A DNA stretch of 64,000 nt from Candidatus Limnocylindrales bacterium. Lineage in GTDB: Bacteria > Chloroflexota > Limnocylindria > Limnocylindrales > CSP1-4. The position numbers and the translations under genes are program-made. How positions within the stretch are numbered: position 1 is the stretch's first letter; each line of letters opens with the position of its first letter. Below, one piece after another: positions 10,325-22,968 of this stretch. The notes under the pieces were generated by a model that worked only from the letters and a program-made list of their open reading frames with translations, had not been told where the DNA came from and did no database searches. The stretch is taken from contig DASSMQ010000006.1 in the NCBI GenBank assembly GCA_035688805.1, positions 15,012 through 79,011 on the forward strand, in the 5' to 3' direction.

Positions 10325-11077
10325 TCAGGCCGGTTCGGCCGCGGGCTCCGATCCGGGTCCGATCGATGCCCCGAGCCAGATGGTCCAGAGCGGCACGAGC
10401 ACGCCCGACACGATCACGAGAAGGTACAGGCCGAGGTCGCCACCGACCTGCAGCACGCCCACGAGGACCGTCGCGACCAGCCCGATCGCCGTCACCCACG
10501 AGACGATGCTCCATGCCGCCGGCAGCCGTGCCCGGAAGGCGGCGTCGACGGCGAGGATGCCGATCGCGGCCAGGATGGCGGCTGCGTTGACCAGCCAGTT
10601 CTTCGCGCCCTCCAGCAGCATCTGTCCCCAGATCTGGCTGACGATCTCCGTCTCCTTGAAGCCGCAGTCGCAGTACGCGAGGTCGATCGTCACCTGCGTC
10701 GCGCCGATCAGGATGAGCTGGCCGACGGCGCCGAGGATGCCCCCGACCGCCAGACCCACGGCGATCGCGGTGCGCCTCGTATCCGTGGGTGCAAGCAGAG
10801 CGGCGAGCGCAACGCCAAGACCGGCGAGGGCGACGAAGCCGATGCCGAAGCTCATGTTGTTCAGGAAGAAGATCGGCCAGATCGCGACACGGTAGCCCTG
10901 CACCGCGAGGCGCTGCTCCACCATGTTCGACGCGCCCGTGTCAGGCGGCGTCGCGTAGAGGTTCAGGATGTCCACGAGTTGGAACGCCGTCCCGATCAGG
11001 AACAGGACACCTACGGCCCAGGCCAGCCACCGAACTGCCCTCATCTGCACGTCGCCCTCCTCGAAGTGTCCGGACAC
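10325..11077 (-). CDS. hypothetical polytopic membrane protein
   Basis: About 6 predicted TM helices and no recognised family. Alternative ATG start at 11044, preceded by GAGGAGG. Confidence 0.5.
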   Translation of the reverse strand: MSGHFEEGDVQMRAVRWLAWAVGVLFLIGTAFQLVDILNLYATPPDTGASNMVEQRLAVQGYRVAIWPIFFLNNMSFGIGFVALAGLGVALAALLAPTDTRRTAIAVGLAVGGILGAVGQLILIGATQVTIDLAYCDCGFKETEIVSQIWGQMLLEGAKNWLVNAAAILAAIGILAVDAAFRARLPAAWSIVSWVTAIGLVATVLVGVLQVGGDLGLYLLVIVSGVLVPLWTIWLGASIGPGSEPAAEPA

Positions 11078-11196
11078 CGGCGATTGTAGGGGCGCGTCGG
11101 CTGCATCTCGCCACCATCTGCTACCATCCGTCGTCGCGCCGCCGCCCTCGCGCCGCGCGAACCCGATCAGATCCCACGCACGTGAGGTTCTCCCCC

Positions 11197-11847
11197 TTGG
11201 CCAAGACGCCCCGCACCTGGACCGGCGCGCGGACCCCGTCGGGACTCAAGCGCGTCCGGCAGGCGAATAGCCGCCACGAGGTGCTTGGTCCGCGTCGGAG
11301 TGCCGCCAAGACCTTCGTCGCCAAGGCCGTCAGCGCCGCCGCCTCCACCGATGCCGAGGCAGCCACCGCCGCACTGACCGAGGCGCTGTCGGCGCTCGAT
11401 CGAGCCGCCAAGGCGGGCGCGATCCACCCGAACGCGGCCGCCCGACGCAAGTCGCGGCTGACCCGCAAGGTCAACGCCGCGGTCGGTGGGACGGGCGTCC
11501 AGGCCGGCGGCCGGGTCGCCAAGCAGACCGGCAAGGCCGCCGCGGCCAAGGCCGCCAAGGCGCGCATCGCCGCCGGCAAGTCGACCAAGGCCAAGGGCGC
11601 TCAGACGGCCGCCGGCAAGGCGCGCGCCGCGCTGTCGAAGACGGCTCGGGCAGAAGCCGCCGCGGCGAAGGCCGCCCAGGCGTCCTCAGCAGAGACCCCC
11701 GCGCCCGCGGCCGTGAAGCCGGCGCGGCCGGCCGCGAAGGCCACGGCCACCAAGAAGCCGACCACCGCCAAGGCAGGCGCCACGAAGGCGGCGTCGAGGT
11801 CGACGGCGACGAAGTCCGCGACCGCTCGGAAGACCACCAAGAGCTAA
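11197..11847 (+). CDS. rpsT: 30S ribosomal protein S20 with a ~130-aa Ala/Lys/Pro-rich C-terminal extension
   Basis: The N-terminal ~85 aa match S20 (LKRVRQANSRH ... LDRAAKAGAIHPNAAARRKSRL). A TTG start at 11197 lies 9 nt after GAGG. The tail is AKAAKA / KPARPAAKATATKKP-like. Confidence 0.85.
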   Translation: MAKTPRTWTGARTPSGLKRVRQANSRHEVLGPRRSAAKTFVAKAVSAAASTDAEAATAALTEALSALDRAAKAGAIHPNAAARRKSRLTRKVNAAVGGTGVQAGGRVAKQTGKAAAAKAAKARIAAGKSTKAKGAQTAAGKARAALSKTARAEAAAAKAAQASSAETPAPAAVKPARPAAKATATKKPTTAKAGATKAASRSTATKSATARKTTKS

Positions 11848-11926
11848 GTGGACGGGGTCCGGCGACGGGCCCCTCTCGGTACCGTCGACCGCCCCGGCAC
11901 CAGCCGGGGCGTCGTCATGCCGCCCC

Positions 11927-12729
11927 CTACTGGAAGCACCACCCCCGCGCTTCGAGGGCTTTTCGCTCGAGATCGGACAGGGCGATCACGAACGCCGTCT
12001 GGTCGAATGCCTTGTACAGCTCGAAGCGCCGTCCCGGGCTGGCGATGAGGGCGTCGATCGGGGCGAGGATGCCGGGATCGATCCAATCCTCGAGGTAGGC
12101 CGGGTGGAGCTCGTGGACGCCGTCCGCGAGGCTGAACCTGACCGTGACCGGACCCTTCGACCCAGCCCATGTCTCGGTGATGTCACCCGGATCGAACGCC
12201 CCGCCCGAGATCTCGCTCCAGGCGGCCAGGGTCTGGACGTACACCTCGTTCTCCGGGGCGACGTCCGCCTCGAGGTCCTGCCACCAGACGCGGGCGTGGT
12301 CCTGCTGAGCGACGGCGAGGTCGAGCATGGCGGGCGGGAGCTCGACGGACCCGCTCGGGTCGCTCGCGGCAGTCTGGCCGGACCCATCTCCGGCGCTGCC
12401 CCAGGTCTCGGCGATACCGTCCTTGACGTAGGCCGTCAGGTCGGCCTCCGAGAGCTCGGCCTGATCCGCGAAAAGGCCGATCGCCCGCAGGTCGGCTACG
12501 CGTTGGGCGATCGTGGCGTCGGTCGCCGGCGGCAGCGGGTCGGCGTCGCAGGCCGCGCTGGCGACATTCGTCGGTCGGGGCACGTCGACACGGGTCGAGC
12601 CGAGCCCGGGCACGTCGACGAACTCACCCGAGCCGACGCCGCCCGTCGGCGGAGCCGCACACGCGGCGGCGAGGACGCCGGCGACGAGGCTGGCCGCGAT
12701 CGCCGCGACCGCCGCGCGGAGACGCCCGC

Positions 12730-12733
<4 letters not shown>
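11927..12733 (-). CDS. hypothetical secreted lipoprotein
   Basis: Signal peptide plus lipobox (MSGRLRAAVAAIAASLVAGVLAAAC). The ATG overlaps the upstream stop (ATGA). Confidence 0.6.
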
Positions 12734-17031
<4,298 letters not shown>

Positions 17032-17041
17032 AGGGACATGG

Positions 17042-17068
17042 GAAGGCCCCGCCATCGGCGGGGCCTTC
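17042..17068 (-). terminator. strong 12-bp GC hairpin downstream of the DUF5679-like gene
   Basis: GAAGGCCCCGCC-ATC-GGCGGGGCCTTC, a perfect 12-bp stem 22 nt after the stop. No U-tract. Confidence 0.45.
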
Positions 17069-17089
17069 GGTCGCGTCAGAGGACGGGCT

Positions 17090-17230
17090 TCAGCCGCCGA
17101 TCTTGAAGACCTTGTTGCCGCAGATCGGACAGGTGCCCTGCAGGGCGGGCTTGCCGTTCTTCATCGTGATCCGCTGGGCGTTCTGGACTTCCACTTTTCG
17201 CTTGTCCTTGACGCAGTAGGCCTCAGCCAT
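17090..17230 (-). CDS. small zinc-ribbon-like protein (DUF5679-like), 46 aa
   Basis: Too short for the ORF track. Sequence MAEAYCVKDKRKVEVQNAQRITMKNGKPALQGTCPICGNKVFKIGG. GGAGG lies 7 nt upstream of the ATG. The first CxxC is degenerate (CVKD). Confidence 0.65.
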   Translation of the reverse strand: MAEAYCVKDKRKVEVQNAQRITMKNGKPALQGTCPICGNKVFKIGG

Positions 17231-17299
17231 CTGGGCTCCTCCTCGTTCGATCGAGCGTCACGGGAACCTTTGTCCCGCATCCGCTCCTTGGGTGTCGCG

Positions 17300-18166
17300 C
17301 TAGGTGGTCCACAGCGACGGCCGCCAGCGGTCCGTCGCGGCAGTCCGCTTCTGGGCATCGATCGTCGCCAATACGAGCAGGCTCTCGAGACCAGTCGCCA
17401 CGCACGCTGCCTCGGCAGCGTCCTTGGCCGATCCCTCGACGAACTCGCCGGTCGTCCGGTTCGCGTAGACCGCGCAGACGACCCCGGCCCGTGCGCCGGC
17501 GAGCGATGCGAACACCAGCAGTGCCGATGCCTCCATCTCGAAGTTCATGACGCGCTGGCGCGCCATGGTCTCCGCGAGGTCAGGGTAGCGGATGGGCAAC
17601 TGGGGGATCGGGCGTCCCTGCGCACCGAAGAACCCCGGCGCCGTCGCCGTCACCCCGACGTGATACCGGTAGCCGAGCCGCTCCGCCGCCTCGATGAGGG
17701 CCATCGTCGCCTCGAGATCGGCGACCGCGGGATACCCATCGTGGACGTACCAGCTCGTCGTCGTCTCGAGCCGCACCGCTCCGGTCGTGATGACCAGGTC
17801 ACCCAGGGCCATCTCCGGCTGGAGCGCGCCGCACGAGCCGACCCGGATGAAGGTCGGACGATGCGTGATCGCCAGGATCTCGGCCACGGCGATCTCGACG
17901 TTGTCCGTGCCGATGCCGGTCGACACGACCGACACCCGCTGTCCTCGATACGTGCCGGTCGCCGATGCGAACTCCCGGTGTCGGTGCTCGAGCTCGACGG
18001 AATCGAAGCGCGAGGCGATCCGTGTCGTTCGGTCCTGGTCCCCGGGGAGGAGGATGTACTCGGCCAGGTCTCCCGGTCCGAGTCCGATGTGGTACTGCCG
18101 TTCCCCGTCGGGGATCGCTATGCGGCGATCTCGCGGGCTTTCGACGCGGGTATCCGCGTTCGGCAA
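17300..18166 (-). CDS. nucleoside phosphorylase, PNP/UDP family 1 (uridine phosphorylase-like)
   Basis: 288 aa with STGIG, FIRVGSCGAL and NFEMEASAL motifs typical of Udp/DeoD-type phosphorylases. Confidence 0.8.
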   Translation of the reverse strand: MPNADTRVESPRDRRIAIPDGERQYHIGLGPGDLAEYILLPGDQDRTTRIASRFDSVELEHRHREFASATGTYRGQRVSVVSTGIGTDNVEIAVAEILAITHRPTFIRVGSCGALQPEMALGDLVITTGAVRLETTTSWYVHDGYPAVADLEATMALIEAAERLGYRYHVGVTATAPGFFGAQGRPIPQLPIRYPDLAETMARQRVMNFEMEASALLVFASLAGARAGVVCAVYANRTTGEFVEGSAKDAAEAACVATGLESLLVLATIDAQKRTAATDRWRPSLWTT

Positions 18167-18238
18167 GACCTCTCCTCGTGCACGTAGCGTGCTTCGCGGG
18201 CGCGAAACTCGGGCGAGGATAGTCCGCTGATTCTGCGA

Positions 18239-18268
18239 GCGTCAAGCACGCTCGCGCACGCTTGACGC
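18239..18268 (-). terminator. 9-bp inverted repeat downstream of the large surface-protein gene
   Basis: GCGTCAAGC-N12-GCTTGACGC, 26 nt after the stop at 18294. No U-tract. Confidence 0.35.
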
Positions 18269-18293
18269 CCGCACGACGCCTGTTCAGCCGCGC

Positions 18294-21200
18294 TCAGCCC
18301 CCGTTCACCGTCCGGCCAACGCCCTCCGGCGGTCGTGCCCGCCCGCCGATCGACGCCAGGCGGGTCGCGACGCGGGCCGCCACCAGCCGTCGCGCATGGC
18401 GCCGCCGCAGGGTGGCGGCGACCACCGACAAGGCACCGACCCCGGTCAACCCGAGCAGGCTCGCGCCGGCACCCGGCAGGAGTCCCGGGTCCGCCCCGAA
18501 CCCCGCCACCTGCATCTCGGGCGCGGAGCGCTCGCCCGTCGTGCCGATGGCGGCGGTGCCAGCCTCCGGTGAGCTGGCGGGCGTCGGGTTTCCCAGCCCG
18601 TCCAGGCCGCTGCCGAGGACGATCGTCGAGGGGTCGTCGACCACGACGACCGTCTGGCCGTCCTCGTCGCGACGCACTCGGCCGACGACGTTGATGGCGT
18701 CGCGTGGCTCGATCAGCCCGAGCCAGCCGGCGGCCTCCCCGGTCAGGACGATCGACCCGACGGACGTGCCGTCGTCCAGTCGGAAGCCGGTGGGCCGCAG
18801 CTCCACCACCAACCCGCCGACCCGCACGGTCGCGCCGAGAAGCGCCTCCAGGTCGGCCAGGTCGGCATCGGCCACGGTCCGACCGACACCCGGGGCTCCC
18901 GATGACAGGACCGGACCCTCGGTCGAGGTCACGGCGACGCCGCTGTCACCCCCGGAGCGACGATCGCTCGCCCGCGGCACGCTCGTCACGTGCACGTCCG
19001 CCGAGCCCCTCGGCAGCACCGCTGGCCGTCGGTCCGTCGCACTCGGATAGGCCGGGCGGACGATCCCGACGATCTCGGCGGTCCCGCCGGCGCCGAGCAC
19101 CGTGCTGGGAATCGCGGCACCGGGCTGGCCGATCACGACGAGGGACTGCGCGCCGCTGATCACCTCCGCGCGCCAGCGGTCGCCGAGCTTGTGGACCGCA
19201 TCGACCCGGCCCGCGATCGATACGAGGCGCCACGTATGCGCGGCCCCGAGGGCGCCGGCCACGCGGAGTGGCGCCGGGATCGATGCCGAGCCGAGGCGGT
19301 CGAGGCTGGTCGCCCGCAGGCGCGGAGCGCCGTAGGCCGATCCGATCCGGCCGACCGCCCGGATCCTCGACCCGACCCCCGGGGCCGACGCGGTCTTGGG
19401 CACGAGCACTTCGATCGCGCCACTCGGGTCCTGGACGACGATCCGTCGGCCCGTCGAATCGAGCAAGGTGGCCGGCGCGGTCACGACCGCCTCGATCGCG
19501 ACATCGCGATCGGTGACCCGCCGGGCGGCCGCGATGGATAGCACGGTCGGAGTGCCGCCGGTCGTGGTCGATCCATTCGGCTTGGGCTTCGGGGTCGGCG
19601 TCGGGGCGTGACTCGGTGACGGGGTCGGCGTCGGCGCAGGAACCGTGAGCACGACGTCTGCAGGATCCCGGGCCCAGATCCGATAGCCGTCCGGCTGGTC
19701 CTTCTTCGACGCGCGCTGGCCCGCGATGCCGGTGACCCGGTACCGGGCCCATAGGTCGAAGGCCGAGGTCCCCAGCCCGCTCGAAGCGTCGGTCATCACC
19801 CGGACTCGCGTGCCGTCCGAGGTCTCGATCGTGACCGTGATGTCGTTGCTCGTCGACTTCACCGGCCGGACGACCACGAGACCGTCGAAGCGGACGAGCT
19901 TCGCCTCGGACGACTCGTCCGGACCACTCGGGGGAACGACCGCCGGCTCCGGCAGGACGCCAACGCCCTCGACGTGCAGGTCGCTGGCGAGGGGTCGGAT
20001 CTCGGTCTGCCCGTACGGATCGGCGAGCGGACCACGGACCCACACGACCTGGCCACGACTGGGTGCCGGCAGCTCGGCGGGGAGTCGCACGATCAGCGCG
20101 CCGGTCGCATCCTGGACCGGGAACAAGGCAGGCGTCCCCACCCGGCCGGGCTCGGCCGTGACGACGCCACGGATCGCGACGCTCGTGCCGACCGGCATCG
20201 TCCGGGCCGTCCCGATGGCCATCGCTTCGGCGGGCGGCGCCGACGTGGCGGTCGGGGTCGGGATCGGGGTCGGGGTTACGGTCGGGGTCGCGGTCATGTC
20301 GGCAGTCGGCGTGGGCTCGGGCGTCGCGGTAGGGTCCTCGGTCGGCGTGGTAGATGGGGCCGAGGTCGGGGAAGGCGCAGGCGTCGACGTCGGCACGGGG
20401 GTCGAGGTCGGCAGGGCGAGCTGCAGGTCGCCCGGCGCCGTGACATAGAGCCGATAGCCGCCGGTGCCGGTCCCGGAGCTGTCGCGCTGCCCGAGCGGGC
20501 CGACCGCGGTGACCATGGTCCCTTGCGAAACAGGCCTGCCCGCAACGGCCGTCGGCGTGACGACCACCCGGACGGGTCCGGAACCGTCGTCGATCGAGAA
20601 GGCCGTCCCGTCGGCGAGGGCCTCGTCGGCGCCCGTGACCGAACCCTGCGCCTCGAGCCGAGTACCTTCGAGCAGCTCGGTTGCGCCGCCGGTCGTCGTG
20701 CCGAGGGCTGGCGGGACACCAGGGTTGCCATCAACCATCACCGCACCCTGGGTGATGCGCAGCGTTCGCTGGGCATAGCGAGAATCGACCTCGCCGTGCA
20801 CGTGGATGGCAGTACCCGCAGCGATCGGGTCGACCACCACCGCGTCAAGGTAGAGGGCGATCCCACCGGTCGCGTCCTGGACGAAGGCAGTCCGACCGGC
20901 CTCGAGCGCGCCGAGGTCCGTGGTCAGGACGCCTGAGATCGTGACGACGGATCCATCGGGCAAGGCGCGGGCGGCAACGATGGACGTCGTGGGCGGAGGC
21001 GTCGGCGTCGGTGCCGGGGAGACGGTCGGGACTGGCGTGGGCTCCGGCGTGGGCGGCATGGTCGGCTCCGGCGTGGGCGGCACGGTCGGCTCCGGCGTTG
21101 GCGCCGGGGTGGGCGGCACGGTCGGCTCCGGCGTGGGCGGCACGGTCGGCTCCGGCGTCGGCGCCGGGCTGGGCGGCGCGGTCGGCTCGGGCATCGGCGC

Positions 21201-21965
21201 CGGGGTGGGCTCGATCGTCGGCACCGGCGACGCAGTCGGACCGGGGGTGGCCGTCGCCGTCGGACTGGGCGACAGCGTCGGCACGGCGGTCGGCGTGGCC
21301 GTCGGCGTCGGGCTCGGGCTCGCGACGGGGGCAGGGATCGGCGGTGACGCTACATCCTGCGGTCCCGGCGTCGCCGACACGAACCAATCAGCGCCATTGG
21401 CGTTCGTGTCGATGGCGTTGCCGAGGACTCCACCAGGGCGCCGTTCGAGGCTGGATCCCGCGGGTGGCGCGGCAGCCGCCGTCCCCTCGACGAAGGCGTT
21501 GGTCGCATCACCCCAGCCGATCGCGTCGATCACCGAACCACCGACCACGCGCAGCGCGACCGACCCTCCGGTCGCGGCGAAACCGCCCGAGTACGTCGCA
21601 TCGCCGAACCCGACGTAGGAGCCAGCGCCATTGACGATGAGCGTCCGCTGTCCGGGACCAAGGATCGTCGACGTCGACCAGGTCGCCTTGCGCGTGACCG
21701 TCGAGCCGGTCGACGTCGCGTACACGACCTCGAGCCCGACCAGATCGGCAGGACCCGTACCCTGATTGGCGATCTCGACGAACTCGTCCGATGCGCTCGA
21801 GCCGCCGGTCTGGATCTCCGACACGACGAGCGTGGATACCGGCCACGCGGCCGACGCCGCGAGTGCGACGTCCCCCAGCCGTGCGCTGTGTGTGGGTCCG
21901 CTCGACAGGCAGACGGCGACGACGAGGGCGAGCGCGGTGGTCCCCGCGCGCCGGGCGCGTTGCAT
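18294..21965 (-). CDS. large secreted/anchored protein: signal peptide, lamin-tail domain (LTD), Pro/Thr linkers, repeated OB-fold-like modules, C-terminal TM helix
   Basis: 1223 aa. N-terminal signal peptide, then an LTD-like VVSEIQTGGSSASDEFVEIANQG. At least four internally similar ~90-aa modules (e.g. VTISGVLTTD...FVQDATGGIALY and VAIRGVVTAE...PVQDATGALIVRL). C-terminal hydrophobic helix followed by RRRHARR. Confidence 0.8.
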   Translation of the reverse strand: MQRARRAGTTALALVVAVCLSSGPTHSARLGDVALAASAAWPVSTLVVSEIQTGGSSASDEFVEIANQGTGPADLVGLEVVYATSTGSTVTRKATWSTSTILGPGQRTLIVNGAGSYVGFGDATYSGGFAATGGSVALRVVGGSVIDAIGWGDATNAFVEGTAAAAPPAGSSLERRPGGVLGNAIDTNANGADWFVSATPGPQDVASPPIPAPVASPSPTPTATPTAVPTLSPSPTATATPGPTASPVPTIEPTPAPMPEPTAPPSPAPTPEPTVPPTPEPTVPPTPAPTPEPTVPPTPEPTMPPTPEPTPVPTVSPAPTPTPPPTTSIVAARALPDGSVVTISGVLTTDLGALEAGRTAFVQDATGGIALYLDAVVVDPIAAGTAIHVHGEVDSRYAQRTLRITQGAVMVDGNPGVPPALGTTTGGATELLEGTRLEAQGSVTGADEALADGTAFSIDDGSGPVRVVVTPTAVAGRPVSQGTMVTAVGPLGQRDSSGTGTGGYRLYVTAPGDLQLALPTSTPVPTSTPAPSPTSAPSTTPTEDPTATPEPTPTADMTATPTVTPTPIPTPTATSAPPAEAMAIGTARTMPVGTSVAIRGVVTAEPGRVGTPALFPVQDATGALIVRLPAELPAPSRGQVVWVRGPLADPYGQTEIRPLASDLHVEGVGVLPEPAVVPPSGPDESSEAKLVRFDGLVVVRPVKSTSNDITVTIETSDGTRVRVMTDASSGLGTSAFDLWARYRVTGIAGQRASKKDQPDGYRIWARDPADVVLTVPAPTPTPSPSHAPTPTPKPKPNGSTTTGGTPTVLSIAAARRVTDRDVAIEAVVTAPATLLDSTGRRIVVQDPSGAIEVLVPKTASAPGVGSRIRAVGRIGSAYGAPRLRATSLDRLGSASIPAPLRVAGALGAAHTWRLVSIAGRVDAVHKLGDRWRAEVISGAQSLVVIGQPGAAIPSTVLGAGGTAEIVGIVRPAYPSATDRRPAVLPRGSADVHVTSVPRASDRRSGGDSGVAVTSTEGPVLSSGAPGVGRTVADADLADLEALLGATVRVGGLVVELRPTGFRLDDGTSVGSIVLTGEAAGWLGLIEPRDAINVVGRVRRDEDGQTVVVVDDPSTIVLGSGLDGLGNPTPASSPEAGTAAIGTTGERSAPEMQVAGFGADPGLLPGAGASLLGLTGVGALSVVAATLRRRHARRLVAARVATRLASIGGRARPPEGVGRTVNGG
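21041..21200 (-). repeat. in-frame tandem repeat (60-nt period with 24-nt sub-repeat) encoding the PEPTVPPT linker
   Basis: 21061-21120 and 21121-21180 are 57/60 identical. Encodes TPEPTVPPTPEPTVPPTPAP. Confidence 0.85.
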
Positions 21966-22143
21966 GGGTGTCCTCCCGGCGGGGACGAGCGGACGGCGGC
22001 GCGACGGGATTGATAGCAGGGGCCGCCCATCTCGGCCTCGCCGCCAGGTTCACTCGCGCTGCACGCAGGCTGCACGCACGCTTCGCTCCGGATCTCCTCG
22101 TATCGCATGGAGCCGGATGGCGCCTGTGCGCCGTTCGACTACG

Positions 22144-22926
22144 ATGACCGGCAACCCGCACGTCCATGCAGGACCGTCACCAGGAGACGCCGTGGCCCGC
22201 GCCAAGAGGACCGCCAGGGCAGAAGCCCGTCGCCGCTACCGAGCGGACCAGCCAGCATCGGTCGAGACGCCGCTCGCCGACGACCCGCCCGACCCTCGCC
22301 CGCGGGACCGGACCGTCGCCCGAGCGACGCCTGCGCCGACCGGTCGGCGCAGCTTCGCCGGGGCCTTCCGTGATGCGTTCCGACCGCTTGACCTGCGCGG
22401 CGACCTGCAGGCGCTGCCGCGGATCGCGCTACGAACGAACGCCCTCTGGATCCCGGTGGCGTTGACCCTGCTCAGCCTTGTGCTGTTCCTTGTCATCCGG
22501 CCGGAGGGCCGCACGGACATCCTGGCTGTCGTGACGATCTTCCTGTTCCAGTACTTCATCGTGACGCCGGCCATCGGGGGCGTGTTCATCGCCGGGTTCC
22601 TGGCTCCCCGAGCGAGCTGGCTGCTGGGCGGGATCGTCGGCCTGGTGTCGGCCGCCTGCTACTCGTTCCTGGTGATCGGCGGGTTCATGAAGGTCGCGCC
22701 GACAGCGACCAGTCAGAACCTGGTCCAGGAGGTGACGCTGGCGGCCTTCGTGATGTCGCCGCTCGTCGGGGCGGTCTTCGCCTCGGCGGCAGCGTGGTAT
22801 CGCCGGTTCCTCCAGCTGTCCAACCCGAACCGGGGACGCTCGCGACCGTCGGCGTCGGAGGCGGGACGCCGACCGGACGGTCGAACCCGGGCTGGGGGGA
22901 ACCAGAAGGCGAGCGCGCGCCGCTAG
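22144..22926 (+). CDS. hypothetical membrane protein with an Arg-rich N-terminus
   Basis: ATG at 22144 inside the longer ORF 21766-22926. Four to five TM helices. No recognised family. Confidence 0.5.
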   Translation: MTGNPHVHAGPSPGDAVARAKRTARAEARRRYRADQPASVETPLADDPPDPRPRDRTVARATPAPTGRRSFAGAFRDAFRPLDLRGDLQALPRIALRTNALWIPVALTLLSLVLFLVIRPEGRTDILAVVTIFLFQYFIVTPAIGGVFIAGFLAPRASWLLGGIVGLVSAACYSFLVIGGFMKVAPTATSQNLVQEVTLAAFVMSPLVGAVFASAAAWYRRFLQLSNPNRGRSRPSASEAGRRPDGRTRAGGNQKASARR

Positions 22927-22968
22927 CCAGCGTTGCGCTCCGTCGAAGACGGCCCACGACGGAGCCGG

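Noticed and set aside
11066-11077. The perfect palindrome GTGTCCGGACAC at the annotated GTG start of the membrane protein.
   Set aside because: It is a single 12-bp palindrome with no partner site or promoter context. It probably only indicates that the true start is the downstream ATG at 11044.
18294-18500. An LPXTG-type sortase signal (LLPGAGASLLGLTG...RRRHARR) at the C-terminus of the large surface protein.
   Set aside because: LPGAG is not a canonical LPXTG/LAXTG motif, about 30 further residues follow the charged stretch, and no sortase gene is in the window. It is treated simply as a C-terminal TM anchor.
19560-21215. Pro/Thr-coding tandem repeats inside the surface-protein gene, considered as independent non-coding repeats.
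   Set aside because: They are in frame, encode typical PT linkers between domains, and keep the gene's codon bias.
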